From assembly GCA_963727805.1 (NCBI GenBank), contig CAVSHF010000005.1, positions 832,001 through 896,000 of the forward strand: 64,000 nucleotides of DNA, read 5' to 3'. Under the pieces are notes generated by a model. That model made no database searches, was not told the origin of the DNA, and was given only the letters and a program-made list of their open reading frames with translations. This document shows, piece by piece, positions 22,377 through 32,336 of this stretch. The first letter of the stretch is position 1, and the number at the start of each line of letters is the position of its first letter. This stretch comes from an uncultured Nitrospiraceae bacterium (GTDB lineage: Bacteria > Nitrospirota > Thermodesulfovibrionia > Thermodesulfovibrionales > Dissulfurispiraceae). The position numbers and the translations under genes were made by a program.

Positions 22377-23951
22377 TTATTTTACGATCGGCTTGTCACC
22401 GGGCAGCCCACCGAATACCGTTAGAGAATCAAGATTGGGATCCCACTGATCGTTGTTGTTCATATCCAGGTACCAATTGCCGAAGCTAGGTCTGAAAACA
22501 CCGATCTTGGTGAAGCCATTACTATTCCAGTCGCCAACAACGGGGATATCACCGGTCGTTCCAAAGGTTAAGCAAGCGTCTTTAGTCGGATCTGCGGGCG
22601 CTCCGCACCCCGCCCATATGCCAGTAGCAACGAATGCCCCAGAATAGTCAAGATACCATGTCCCATTCCTGAATACCCCTATTTTAATTCTGCCGTCTCC
22701 ATTCCAGTCGCCAACAACGGGGATATCACCGGCTATCCCAAGGGATAAGCAAGCGTCTTTAGACGGATCCGCGGGAGCTCCGCACCCCGACCATATGCCA
22801 GTAGTAGCTAATATCCCGGAATAATCAAGATACCATGTCCCATTCCTAAATACGCCTATCTTATCCTTTCCATCGGTACTGCCGTTCCAGTTACCTACAA
22901 CTGGAATATCACCAGCCTGGCCCAAGGCGATCGTTTTATCAATACCCGGATCCCATGCATTGTTACCGTTCATATCGAGCAACCATGAACCGCTTCTGAA
23001 AACACCTAATTTTATTGTGCCGCTACCGGTCCAATCGCCTGCGACCGGGATATCACCTGCAGTGCCAAAACTGATCGTAATATCGCTGGACTCCCAATAA
23101 TGGTCACCGTTGGCGTCTATATACCATGTGCCATTTCTAAAGACACCTATATTTGATGCAATGATAGATATAAATACATTTCGACCCATACCCACCGAAA
23201 CATTGCCGGCGGCGTCTTTTGCGTAAGCGTAAAGTGTATGCGCACCTCCAGTTACGGCCGTATAAGATGCGGGTGCCATTGACGACCATCCCGCGGCTCC
23301 AGCACTTGGGGCAGCGGGGTTTTCAGTAATAATATATCCTGTTACCGCTACGTTGTCCGAGGCAGTCAAAAGGGTAACTGGAACCTGGAGGGTGTGTACA
23401 ACTGCAGGAATAGTGAACCCGTTCACTGTCGGCGCCTGGTTATCAATTATGGAAACTGTTGCGCTTACGCCTACTGAAACATTGTTGGCAGCGTCTTTTG
23501 CATAAGCGTAAAGAGTATGCACACCTGTAGTAGCAGCCGTATACGATGTGGGTGCCGTTGACGACCATCCCACGGCTCCGGCACTAGGGGCAGTCGCGCT
23601 TTCAGTAATAATATATCCTACTACCGCTACGTTGTCCGAGGCAGTAAATACGGTAACCGGAACCTGGAGGGTGTTGAACACCACTGCGGGAACAGTGAAC
23701 CCGGTTACTGTCGGAGCTATGGTATCAAGGCCGGAGGCACCTGAAACCGTCTTGGACAACCGATTGCCCATCGCGTCATAGTTATAAACTATAGCGGTCC
23801 CATCTGAATTCGTAACCTGTGCCAGCTGGTTTAAACCGTCATAGCCATAAACACTTGTTGTTGTTGTGGCGAAAGTTGTAGTGGTGTGTGCACAGAAGCA
23901 CAGAATCATCACAGTAAAGACAATATATAGAAACTTAGAAAAACTCTTCAT
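22377..23951 (-). CDS. Secreted protein with N-terminal YD (RHS) repeats, two Ig-like repeats and FG-GAP/VCBS-like repeats
   Basis: Signal peptide; YGYDGLNQL..YNYDAMGNR; two DxxAPTV..HTLYAYAKDAA units; repeated GDIPVVGDWNGDG..IGVFRNGTWYLD. Confidence 0.8.
   Translation of the reverse strand: MKSFSKFLYIVFTVMILCFCAHTTTTFATTTTSVYGYDGLNQLAQVTNSDGTAIVYNYDAMGNRLSKTVSGASGLDTIAPTVTGFTVPAVVFNTLQVPVTVFTASDNVAVVGYIITESATAPSAGAVGWSSTAPTSYTAATTGVHTLYAYAKDAANNVSVGVSATVSIIDNQAPTVNGFTIPAVVHTLQVPVTLLTASDNVAVTGYIITENPAAPSAGAAGWSSMAPASYTAVTGGAHTLYAYAKDAAGNVSVGMGRNVFISIIASNIGVFRNGTWYIDANGDHYWESSDITISFGTAGDIPVAGDWTGSGTIKLGVFRSGSWLLDMNGNNAWDPGIDKTIALGQAGDIPVVGNWNGSTDGKDKIGVFRNGTWYLDYSGILATTGIWSGCGAPADPSKDACLSLGIAGDIPVVGDWNGDGRIKIGVFRNGTWYLDYSGAFVATGIWAGCGAPADPTKDACLTFGTTGDIPVVGDWNSNGFTKIGVFRPSFGNWYLDMNNNDQWDPNLDSLTVFGGLPGDKPIVK
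22524..22860. repeat. Intragenic tandem duplication, 177-bp period (FG-GAP-like units)
   Basis: attccagtcgccaacaacggggatatcaccgg at 22524 and 22701, with continuing similarity. Confidence 0.85.
23195..23715. repeat. Intragenic tandem duplication, about 279-bp period (Ig-like units)
   Basis: gaaacattg..gcgtcttttgc at 23197 and 23476; taccgctacgttgtccgaggcagt is repeated. Confidence 0.8.
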
Positions 23952-24386
23952 TGAACCCTCCTAATTTATCTATTAATCTTTAATTCCCATATTGATGCTC
24001 ATCAGCCTGCATCGAACAATCACAGACGTTACGTTCCCCTTGCCGTCGCAAAGGTAGTTGATGCTATCTCCTTACAGCGAAAAATAATAGAAAATACCGA
24101 TGATTTTAAATACCACCCCTAAATTTCTTACAAAAAAGTTCGGCTTGTAAATTGTTTTTTGCCAGCATATCGGATAATAGTATATGTGCTATAAAACAAT
24201 TTTATTTTTTTCAGCAATCGTATCCGGTTTAGCACACCTGTTGATTCTCTTCCCGCCAAAACAAAAGGATTGCCCCCCCCTTTGCAATATCGTATGTGTA
24301 CTTATATCCAGGACTAAGTATGGTATCCCTCGAACTAACTGCTCAACCGTCCCATTTAGACATTCGCCCAAGCGTAGCGACTCCCG

Positions 24387-24782
24387 TCAATTGATAGATC
24401 TGCAAATCACCGCTCCCTCAGCTCCCCATGAAGGCTCCATGACAAACAAAATCAATTCATTGTTCTTTATCTGCTTCAAATATTTACCTATAGCGTCGCT
24501 GGTTATTACAGGTTGTGTCTCATTTGAGCTATGAATCCATTTGACCCACTGAATGATTTCCTTATCATCCAGAGGAATTTCGGTAGAAACAATAAGTCTG
24601 GAAACAACATTCTGAAAATTTAAATCATTGATTCGGAACGAAACAACATCGCTAAAACTCAAATGCGCGGCTATTCCATTTACCCGAATGAAACCAAGCA
24701 ATATTTTTTTCTCTAATCGCTTAATCTCGACAGAGACCAATTCCGCATCATGGAACCCAGACGACAATTCTTCTTTCAGCAT
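24387..24782 (-). CDS. Putative immunity protein for the RHS toxin
   Basis: 131-aa ORF directly downstream of the RHS gene, GGAG RBS, FHDA..PSWGAE motifs. Confidence 0.65.
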   Translation of the reverse strand: MLKEELSSGFHDAELVSVEIKRLEKKILLGFIRVNGIAAHLSFSDVVSFRINDLNFQNVVSRLIVSTEIPLDDKEIIQWVKWIHSSNETQPVITSDAIGKYLKQIKNNELILFVMEPSWGAEGAVICRSIN

Positions 24783-24830
24783 ATCTTTAGCTCCCCAAGC
24801 ATTTAATGAGTTTTGAATCTTATGTTGCCG

Positions 24831-27800
24831 TTATCTCCCTTGAGGCCATGGTGACACTGGATAACCTTGACCTCGTACAGGGTTGCCATTAGCATCACGA
24901 TCCCAGTTATGTGCATGTGGATCGTCATGATGATCATAATCGATATCAGTTTCCGGTTGACCATCAGCTCCGTACTGCCTCTCTTGACCACTTCCAGGAT
25001 TCTTACAGCGACTTCCCGGATCGCCAGTATTTGGTGTTTTAGCGTAAGAATTCCACCAATCTTTTGCCATATTGATCATATCTGAAATGGCGTCTCCTGC
25101 GTTTTGAAAGCCTTGCCAGATATCATTAGCCAACTGCTGATTAGCCGCTTGCTGCTGTGGTGTAGGTGGTAATATTAAAGGTAACGGAATTGGACCGGGT
25201 AACACCATTGCTTGAAGTCCAAACGGATCCACCCAGTTCACGGGACTATTGCCAACGAAACGATATAGGTTGACATCGCCGTATTCTCTCAGAGGGTCTC
25301 TATTAATCCATCTCCCCAGTGCGGCATCATAGAACCTGAACCCGTAGTACGAAAGTCCCGTGTCAGCGTCGTATTCCTTCGTCGAAAACATATACGGCTG
25401 GTCGACGGTGGCTGATTTCTTCATGAGGACACCGAAGGAATCATAGGCATAGGTGTCGACCGGTGTTTGCGTCGAGTCAATCACTGTGACCACGTTGCCC
25501 TTGCCATCGTAGAGGTAATTATAGTCCTGGCTGTTCTGCCTGAGGTTAAGCAGTCCGCCGATTCCGCCGGCACGGTTCTTACCCCACAAGTATTCTCTTT
25601 TCACAATCCAGCTATTTAGTCCGTCTTTTTCCTGCACAGAGAGGAGCCTGTCTCTAACGTAACGGATGTCACTCGCGGTTGTCCAAATCCCGTTCCCGTT
25701 CGTCTCTAATGTCTTTATCATCTCAGTAAGTACGCCATCCCCACTGTAAGAATAGCTAGTCTGGTGAGTTACGTTTTGGTTGTCGGTAAACGACGCTGAA
25801 GTAAGTCTGTTTGCAGCATCGTAACCCAGCGTCATTGGGTAGCCAGATGGTGTGTACGCCCGAGTCATGTTCCCGTCATTATCATAAATAAGCGCTGCCC
25901 CGTTAACCTTTTGCACCTGGTTAACCTTGTTTTGAGTGCTATCGGCATTTATGTAGCTGTAAGTTGTAGTGCCGTTAATGAAGTTGTCAATTACCGCTCC
26001 GTTGGTAACCGTCTCAGTGCTAATCATATCTGGATGGGTCGCATCGGCGTAAGCATACGCATAACTGCTGATGATACTGTCGCTGCCCGTATTTGGATGG
26101 TAATAATTATACAAGCCCATAAGTTTATTCAAAGGATCGTTATACTGATGTTGATATTGGGTATTACCGCCATTTGGACGCGTGAGCTTCTGCACAATTG
26201 GGCTGCTCGGACTGATTGTCGTGTCGTAGCTGTAGACATACGGAGCGTCGCTTCCCCTCTGAATGGTTGAAAGTCGGCCAATCCCATCATACCCATAAGT
26301 TATAAGTTGACTCCCCAGTGCCTGCATTGTGCTCAATTGCCCGAGAGAGTTATAGGTGTACGTAATAGTTGGCTGCGTGTCCCCGGGATATGTCACCGTC
26401 AGCAGCCGCCTGTTGTTATCATAGCCGTAGTAGAACGTCCCAATGCCATCAATCCTGTAATCAAGCCTGTTGTTAGGATCATAATGAAGCGTGACGTTCG
26501 GCGTTGCTGTTACTCCTGTTCCTGTCGTATAGTTTATATTCGTCAGGTTGTTAATGGGATCATAAAGGTACGTTGTCGTTGTCTGGGGACGCGCGGATGT
26601 AGTCAAACGGAGCAGTCCGTTGGGCCAATAGGTATAAGAGATGGAATTGCCGTCCGCATAAGTTTTCAGATTGAGCCTGTTATCATGGTCATAGCCAAAT
26701 GTCGTTACTCTGCTGTTAGCGTCGGTAAAGGAAGTCAGGTTGCTGTTGGCGTCATACCCGTATTGAAATGTTTGCAACAATGCTCCAGAAGGTCCGACGG
26801 TCTTGTAGTAGAGTCTCCTTAGTGCATCATAGGAATAGGTTGTCGTGAGCCCCGATCTATCTGTCGTGCTGTTGACCATAAAAGGACACGAGGTATTGTT
26901 AGATATCACTTCCGTCCTATTATCAGGATAGTTAATCTGTGACAGTTGATCCAACCCCATATATTGATAGGTCACATATACGCCGTCCGCATAGGTAGCA
27001 TCGGATAATCTCCCGATGTTATCAAAGTCGAAAGTGCCCATTAGCGTGTCAGATTGCGATCCCTGGTGCTTTAATATCTTATGCAAAGTGTTATTGGGCG
27101 CATCATAGACAAAACTCGTGGTCGTCTTCAATGCCGACACATTATTAGCCTCTATTGCCGAAGTAAGACGGCCATAACTGTCATATTCATACTTTGTCTC
27201 TACACTTACACTCATCCTGTCTAAAATATCAGTGACATCATGCGTGCTGTAGGAATTGTAAGTACCGTATTGATAAGTGACCGTACCAAGTCCATCAGTG
27301 ATGGTATGGACATCGACACCATTGGAATAGTAAGCATATGAAATGGTGGCATTACTGGTAGTCGGGGTGGTAATTGTGGCATCCCAGAAGTAGGTGATCC
27401 GGCCATTTGAATTATACTGATAATGCGTGGTGTGGTTGTTGGCGTCTGTAATGGAGGCTGGACGTCCGGTGACCGGATCATAGGTGTATCTCGTAAAGTT
27501 TTGCTCAGGGGTAACGATGTTCGCAAGCTTAACCTTGGGAAGGCTCGACCGGTCAAAAAAGTATGAAGTCTTCGGTGCCGCTGAAGTCAAGTTATTAGAG
27601 ATTGCACCGGTCACTGGATCCTTAAAGTAAGTAACATAGTCCCTCGGGCTAACATACCAGGTATTGGCACCATTGTAAAAATATTCTTCCGCATGATTAT
27701 TTGGGTCAGTAATGGTTATGCGGTAGTTCTTGCCCATACCCAACGGATCGTCCGGCGCAGGATAGGCGACGGCCGTTGATGAGCCGTCATTCGGCTCGAT

Positions 27801-29036
27801 TTTGAAAACCCATGTGCTACTCGACGTGCCATTGGACTTTGTGATACCTGTAAGATAACTGTCTGCATTGTAGGTATAAGTCGTGATGTAAGTTCCCATG
27901 TCGGATGCTGACACAAGATTGCCCGAGGTATCGAACAGAAAGGTCGCATGACGCGGAGAGAGAGAGGGGTCGGTGACAGTGAGGCTATCTTGGGCATACT
28001 GGAAAGAGGTTGTTTGTCCGCCGGCATCTGTGATGGTCGACAGTTTTCCCCCGACATAGCTAAGGGTAAGAGGTAACCCGTGCGGGTCTATTATTTGGAC
28101 TAAGGATGGCTTTGTAAGTCCCGACGATTGCGGGATATCGTACACATAGACGGTGTCGTCCAAAAACCTCAACTGGTATTGAGAGCCAGAGGTATGTGTC
28201 AGAGTGTTGAATACCCCAAATGGTTTTGTATAAATGCCCCCGCTAAGAGTATATGCGTCCTGTCTACCGTCAGGCATATTTACCGTTACGTTTCCGCTTC
28301 CATCCACTGCTAGGGAACTCCCATAGTTAAAAGTCCATTTGTTTCCAAAAGGAGCTGTGGCATCAATAGATGCTAGAGAGTTATAACTCAACTGAAGTTT
28401 GACCTGTGGCCCATATGCAGGCTTATACCAGATAGGAGTATCTGATATGTTCAGATTCATGTTGATCTTATTCACAGACCAGACAGGTGAACCTTGACCA
28501 CTACACGGGTCGTCGGGATTTGTATCAGTACCTAAATCATCAGCTGGCGGTGGCGAGGGATCCTTCTGTTCATATACAGCAAAAGTTGTTGTATTCCATG
28601 CGGGGGGGATATCTGGCATGGGACCCACTGTTATTTCAGCTGTAACTACGACAGGCATATTAAGAGGATTATAGGGCGCATAAGGATCACAAGATGATGA
28701 AAAACTATGCCCATACTGATCGACGCCAACCTCTTGACAATTAGCCGTGGCGAAATAATAGCCGTCCTCCGGAAAGGTATAAGTTATTCCGTACCCATAA
28801 TTGTAAATGGATCCTTTTGTTTGGTGTGTAAACCACATCGGTAAAACTTCGCAGTATAAGTCTGCTTCAACATTCATAGATAGAATCGATAGTAACAGCG
28901 TCAATACAATAGTGATCATGATCAAAAAGAATTGCATTCTCCTTTTCATTTTCACTGTCAGTAGTGAGGATGCACATTTCTTACCTTTTCCTTGCCCCAT
29001 TTCAAAAAGCGACAACAAATCACTATTATTCTTCAT
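24831..29036 (-). CDS. RHS repeat polymorphic toxin with C-terminal Ntox37-like toxin domain
   Basis: N-terminal hydrophobic signal, many YD repeats, RHS core (KEYDADTGLSYYGFRFYD..GRWINRDP..NSPVNWVDPFGL), tip KTPNTGDPG..GQERQYGADGQP..DIDYDH..PHAHNW. Confidence 0.9.
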   Translation of the reverse strand: MKNNSDLLSLFEMGQGKGKKCASSLLTVKMKRRMQFFLIMITIVLTLLLSILSMNVEADLYCEVLPMWFTHQTKGSIYNYGYGITYTFPEDGYYFATANCQEVGVDQYGHSFSSSCDPYAPYNPLNMPVVVTAEITVGPMPDIPPAWNTTTFAVYEQKDPSPPPADDLGTDTNPDDPCSGQGSPVWSVNKINMNLNISDTPIWYKPAYGPQVKLQLSYNSLASIDATAPFGNKWTFNYGSSLAVDGSGNVTVNMPDGRQDAYTLSGGIYTKPFGVFNTLTHTSGSQYQLRFLDDTVYVYDIPQSSGLTKPSLVQIIDPHGLPLTLSYVGGKLSTITDAGGQTTSFQYAQDSLTVTDPSLSPRHATFLFDTSGNLVSASDMGTYITTYTYNADSYLTGITKSNGTSSSTWVFKIEPNDGSSTAVAYPAPDDPLGMGKNYRITITDPNNHAEEYFYNGANTWYVSPRDYVTYFKDPVTGAISNNLTSAAPKTSYFFDRSSLPKVKLANIVTPEQNFTRYTYDPVTGRPASITDANNHTTHYQYNSNGRITYFWDATITTPTTSNATISYAYYSNGVDVHTITDGLGTVTYQYGTYNSYSTHDVTDILDRMSVSVETKYEYDSYGRLTSAIEANNVSALKTTTSFVYDAPNNTLHKILKHQGSQSDTLMGTFDFDNIGRLSDATYADGVYVTYQYMGLDQLSQINYPDNRTEVISNNTSCPFMVNSTTDRSGLTTTYSYDALRRLYYKTVGPSGALLQTFQYGYDANSNLTSFTDANSRVTTFGYDHDNRLNLKTYADGNSISYTYWPNGLLRLTTSARPQTTTTYLYDPINNLTNINYTTGTGVTATPNVTLHYDPNNRLDYRIDGIGTFYYGYDNNRRLLTVTYPGDTQPTITYTYNSLGQLSTMQALGSQLITYGYDGIGRLSTIQRGSDAPYVYSYDTTISPSSPIVQKLTRPNGGNTQYQHQYNDPLNKLMGLYNYYHPNTGSDSIISSYAYAYADATHPDMISTETVTNGAVIDNFINGTTTYSYINADSTQNKVNQVQKVNGAALIYDNDGNMTRAYTPSGYPMTLGYDAANRLTSASFTDNQNVTHQTSYSYSGDGVLTEMIKTLETNGNGIWTTASDIRYVRDRLLSVQEKDGLNSWIVKREYLWGKNRAGGIGGLLNLRQNSQDYNYLYDGKGNVVTVIDSTQTPVDTYAYDSFGVLMKKSATVDQPYMFSTKEYDADTGLSYYGFRFYDAALGRWINRDPLREYGDVNLYRFVGNSPVNWVDPFGLQAMVLPGPIPLPLILPPTPQQQAANQQLANDIWQGFQNAGDAISDMINMAKDWWNSYAKTPNTGDPGSRCKNPGSGQERQYGADGQPETDIDYDHHDDPHAHNWDRDANGNPVRGQGYPVSPWPQGR

Positions 29037-29328
29037 CAGCCCCTCTTTGCATCCAGGTTATTTTTGCATATCCTTGCGCTATTGTTATGTGAGTTAGTTA
29101 GTGGAATGTCGGCTGCAGTTAGATGTGCGGGGATAGCCCCCTTAGATAAAACAGAAGAAAAAAGAATGGAAATAATGAATGATGGAGTCGGGAGTGGAAG
29201 TGCGGCAACGCTTTCGTACAACAGAAACCTCCATAAAAGAAGTTCTTGTTGTCACGCGCCTCTTGAGTCCCTCCCAGATACCCAGGCAACGCCTGACGAA
29301 GATAAAAAATATCTATAGAAACTGTCAG

Positions 29329-29384
29329 AGTCTACCACTTAACAAAATTAATGTCAAGGAATTGGGCCCTTTTGTCAAGGAATT
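29329..29384 (-). promoter_or_regulatory. Sigma70-type promoter for the RHS operon with a duplicated -35 region
   Basis: Minus strand TTGACA(29357-29352)-17 bp-TAGACT; tgtcaaggaatt repeated at 29352 and 29373. Confidence 0.55.
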
Positions 29385-29669
29385 TTTCATTACTTGTACG
29401 TACTAGACATCTGATGATTACTGGATGGCCCCAGAAATCTTTTCTTGTCTGCTTCTTCCTGTACCTCACATCGATGCATATGTGACGGAAATTACGATTC
29501 TTCTTTGATATGAGACATATATTCTATAGAATACACTTATATGGTTCGTATCACTGAAACGAGTCCAGCAAACTGCACTTCTTATTGAAATAATGCAAAG
29601 CTGTTTGGTAATATTTTCACAGCTGAACAGAAACTCTATAATCATTAGTTAGATAGTACAGATGACTTT

Positions 29670-30431
29670 GTGAAAGGTCCTAAGAAGATGTCTATTCTAA
29701 GCGAGATGACCTATAGTGTGCTGAGGGTGACAACGGTTATTTCTGATCACCTTTTCTGGCCGGCGATGGAAACTTCCGGGCAGCGAGCGGCTCGAGAGCT
29801 ACAACTGCCTCCGTCTTTTATTCAACAACTATTAGCAGTCGAAGATAAACGTTTTTTCTACCACCTTGGCGTGGATTTCCTATCTGTACTGAGGGCATTG
29901 TTATTCAATATGGGGACAGCAGTGACTCGCCGGCACGGTGCAAGCACGATAACCCAACAAATATACTCCAATACTACCCGTCGCAACGGAACTTACCGAT
30001 CCACTGTCGGTTTCAAGATTGCTCAGTCGACCTGGGCAGTTAAGAGAACATTGACACACTCAAAGCTATATGTCCTTAGGGATTACTTAGATTCGGTATA
30101 TTTCGGCAAGTCTTTCTATGGGCTTAAGCAGGCTTCCGAGGGATATTTCGGACGGATCCCGCGTGACCTCTCTATAGCCGAGAGTTTCTTTTTAGTTGAG
30201 CGCATCGCAAGACCTAACAAAGTCTGCGTCAGACGGATAGAAATTCTCGCCGCCAGGAGACCCCTTGCCATCCTCCTCAAAGCTGATCTCACCATCATCT
30301 GTCAACTGGCAGCACTGTACGAACGGTATTTTAATTGTGGGGAGGTAATAGCACAATGCCTGGAGAGGTCTCTCAGGAAACAGGTCGTGCATACGTCTAC
30401 GTATTCGGAGGCTGTCTCGAGAGAGCGGTAA
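29670..30431 (+). CDS. Stand-alone peptidoglycan transglycosylase (GT51) domain protein with no obvious TM anchor
   Basis: EDKRFFYHLG (EDxxFxxHxG), GASTITQQ, KxxxLxxYLD and GLKQASEGYF; start GTG 29670 or ATG 29688. Confidence 0.85.
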   Translation: MKGPKKMSILSEMTYSVLRVTTVISDHLFWPAMETSGQRAARELQLPPSFIQQLLAVEDKRFFYHLGVDFLSVLRALLFNMGTAVTRRHGASTITQQIYSNTTRRNGTYRSTVGFKIAQSTWAVKRTLTHSKLYVLRDYLDSVYFGKSFYGLKQASEGYFGRIPRDLSIAESFFLVERIARPNKVCVRRIEILAARRPLAILLKADLTIICQLAALYERYFNCGEVIAQCLERSLRKQVVHTSTYSEAVSRER

Positions 30432-31072
30432 AAGGGTTCCAACAGGTTTTTAACGTGTATCAGAACCCGGAGAAATTGACCTTCGCAGGATTCTCTGGAG
30501 CCGAATACTCCTTCGATCTTTCTGGCCTTTACGAAGGGGCTGAAGTGTTTGTGGAGTCAAAAGGGTATCGCGATGGCTCAGGCATTCTGGACGGATACAA
30601 AGAGTTTTTGGCCAAGGCATATTGTACCTCTGTTCAGAACATGAGACACCGGAACGATCATTTCTGGTTTGTCACAAACGTGTCGTTTGGCTCTTCGATT
30701 GGTCGCCGCTTATGGTCTCCTGAATTCATTGCTGACTCACTTGGTGGATCGAAGTCGCCAAAGGCCGCGATGATTATCGGCAGTGCACCGATCGATGAAG
30801 GACATGTCCGATCCCTCAGCCAAAGAATTGCCATTGGTATCTTTACCGACTCCTTTATTAAGGTGATGGGCGTACTGTATCACTTTCAGCCGGGAGATAC
30901 GCTGTGGAGCGCAACGAAACTGATACACGGGGGCCGCATGCCACTTCCTTATTTCGACCCAATTGTGACAAGCGTGCAGCGCATGAACAATAATCAAGAT
31001 CCGAATCGAATTCGCTACGGACAGCGGCTGCATTTGCCCTGGTTCGGTATCCGCGATGCCGATAATAACTAA
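30356..31072 (+). CDS. PD-(D/E)XK restriction-fold nuclease with C-terminal LysM domain
   Basis: FDLSG..VFVESKGY nuclease motif; YHFQPGDTLWS..N..DPNRIRYGQRLHLP LysM; GGAGGT RBS before ATG 30356; overlaps the upstream gene by 76 bp. Confidence 0.72.
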   Translation: MPGEVSQETGRAYVYVFGGCLERAVKGFQQVFNVYQNPEKLTFAGFSGAEYSFDLSGLYEGAEVFVESKGYRDGSGILDGYKEFLAKAYCTSVQNMRHRNDHFWFVTNVSFGSSIGRRLWSPEFIADSLGGSKSPKAAMIIGSAPIDEGHVRSLSQRIAIGIFTDSFIKVMGVLYHFQPGDTLWSATKLIHGGRMPLPYFDPIVTSVQRMNNNQDPNRIRYGQRLHLPWFGIRDADNN

Positions 31073-31261
31073 CAGATAAAAGATACCAAAGAGCGTGTAA
31101 ATGTCACGGGTATTATGCTGAAACATACCCCTTATTCAACATCACGACCATTAAACGAATTGAATATGATGATGAAGCTGTTATTGACGGTGCAGGTAAG
31201 GTAGTAGATATGAGTGGTGTTGATCCGCGTAGAATATCCAGAATCGTTGTGAGAGGTACCG

Positions 31262-32008
31262 ATGCCGTCGTCTAATATGATTATCATTCCTGCGGAGAAA
31301 CTTGTTGAAGGTTACGAATACGCAGTTGAGAACGGAAGTCGTCTGTTTAATGCTGCTCTTTTGCTATTGGATAAATATCCTGATAAAGCCCTTGCACTAG
31401 CACAACTTGGGCAGGAAGAAATTGGGAAATCGCTGACTATACTGGCTGCTTTTCACCTACCTGAAATTCCCACTGCTTGGACTTGGTTCTGGAAAGGCTG
31501 GAAAAGCCACACACTAAAAGCTCATAGAGCTTACCTTTATGAAATCATCTATCCATTGCGAATTGAGATGAAAGCTCCGGATGGGACAAAATACGCTGGC
31601 CACCCGTTACGAACCCCAATATCAAAAGAAAAGGAGTCAGGGCTATATGTAAATTTCGATGTAGCCTCAAGTTGCTTTGTCAATCCCATTAGTGATGTAT
31701 CAAATTTTGACGCTTTAGCACGCATCTCTACGCTATTGTATCTTAGCACAACAGCTGATGCCGTTCGGCGCGTGTTGCTCCATACAGACATACCGTTCCG
31801 GACGAAAGAATTCGGCGCTGTCGCGTTCAAAATTTGTAGCGAAGAGGTCTACCAACAGGATATGCCACAGATCCTCGAGCAGTTCGGAGCATCATCGGTA
31901 AGGCACGCCAAGATACTGCATGACCTGAACATGGCCTTGAGAAGTGTACCTCCAGGCTTCGAACATGCGACAGGACAACCTGTTGTTAACCAGTCTGATG
32001 ACACCTAA
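31262..32008 (+). CDS. AbiV-family (HEPN) abortive infection protein
   Basis: NGSRLFNAA..ALALAQLGQEEIGK..HTLK..KESGLYVNF. Confidence 0.8.
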   Translation: MPSSNMIIIPAEKLVEGYEYAVENGSRLFNAALLLLDKYPDKALALAQLGQEEIGKSLTILAAFHLPEIPTAWTWFWKGWKSHTLKAHRAYLYEIIYPLRIEMKAPDGTKYAGHPLRTPISKEKESGLYVNFDVASSCFVNPISDVSNFDALARISTLLYLSTTADAVRRVLLHTDIPFRTKEFGAVAFKICSEEVYQQDMPQILEQFGASSVRHAKILHDLNMALRSVPPGFEHATGQPVVNQSDDT

Positions 32009-32217
32009 CAATCGTCTCCCTTGGACTCCAGGTCTGTTCGGAATTGCAACGTAGAACATGCACGTGGCCCTGTCAGCCAGTCATTCGAAATGAATTTGTT
32101 TTCTGGGAATTTCCAGTTGTACTCAGCATAATAATCAGGATGCTCTCAGGTAGTGACTGCTGTGAGAACATGCAAGCCGAATATAGTGAAAATTAGATCA
32201 AGTAAACTGTTTATAGC

Positions 32218-32276
32218 TGCACGGAAGCAACATGCACGGAAGCAATATTGACTTGGACTAGACATTCTGATATTAT
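32218..32276 (+). promoter_or_regulatory. Promoter of the TnsE-like gene with a tandem 13-bp direct repeat
   Basis: tgcacggaagcaa at 32218 and 32233, then TTGACT(32248)-17 bp-TATTAT(32271). Confidence 0.55.
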
Positions 32277-32336
32277 CCTGAAAACTGGCTAATAATATAT
32301 TAGACATATAAGAACCTGCTTGATAAAGAATTCCAG

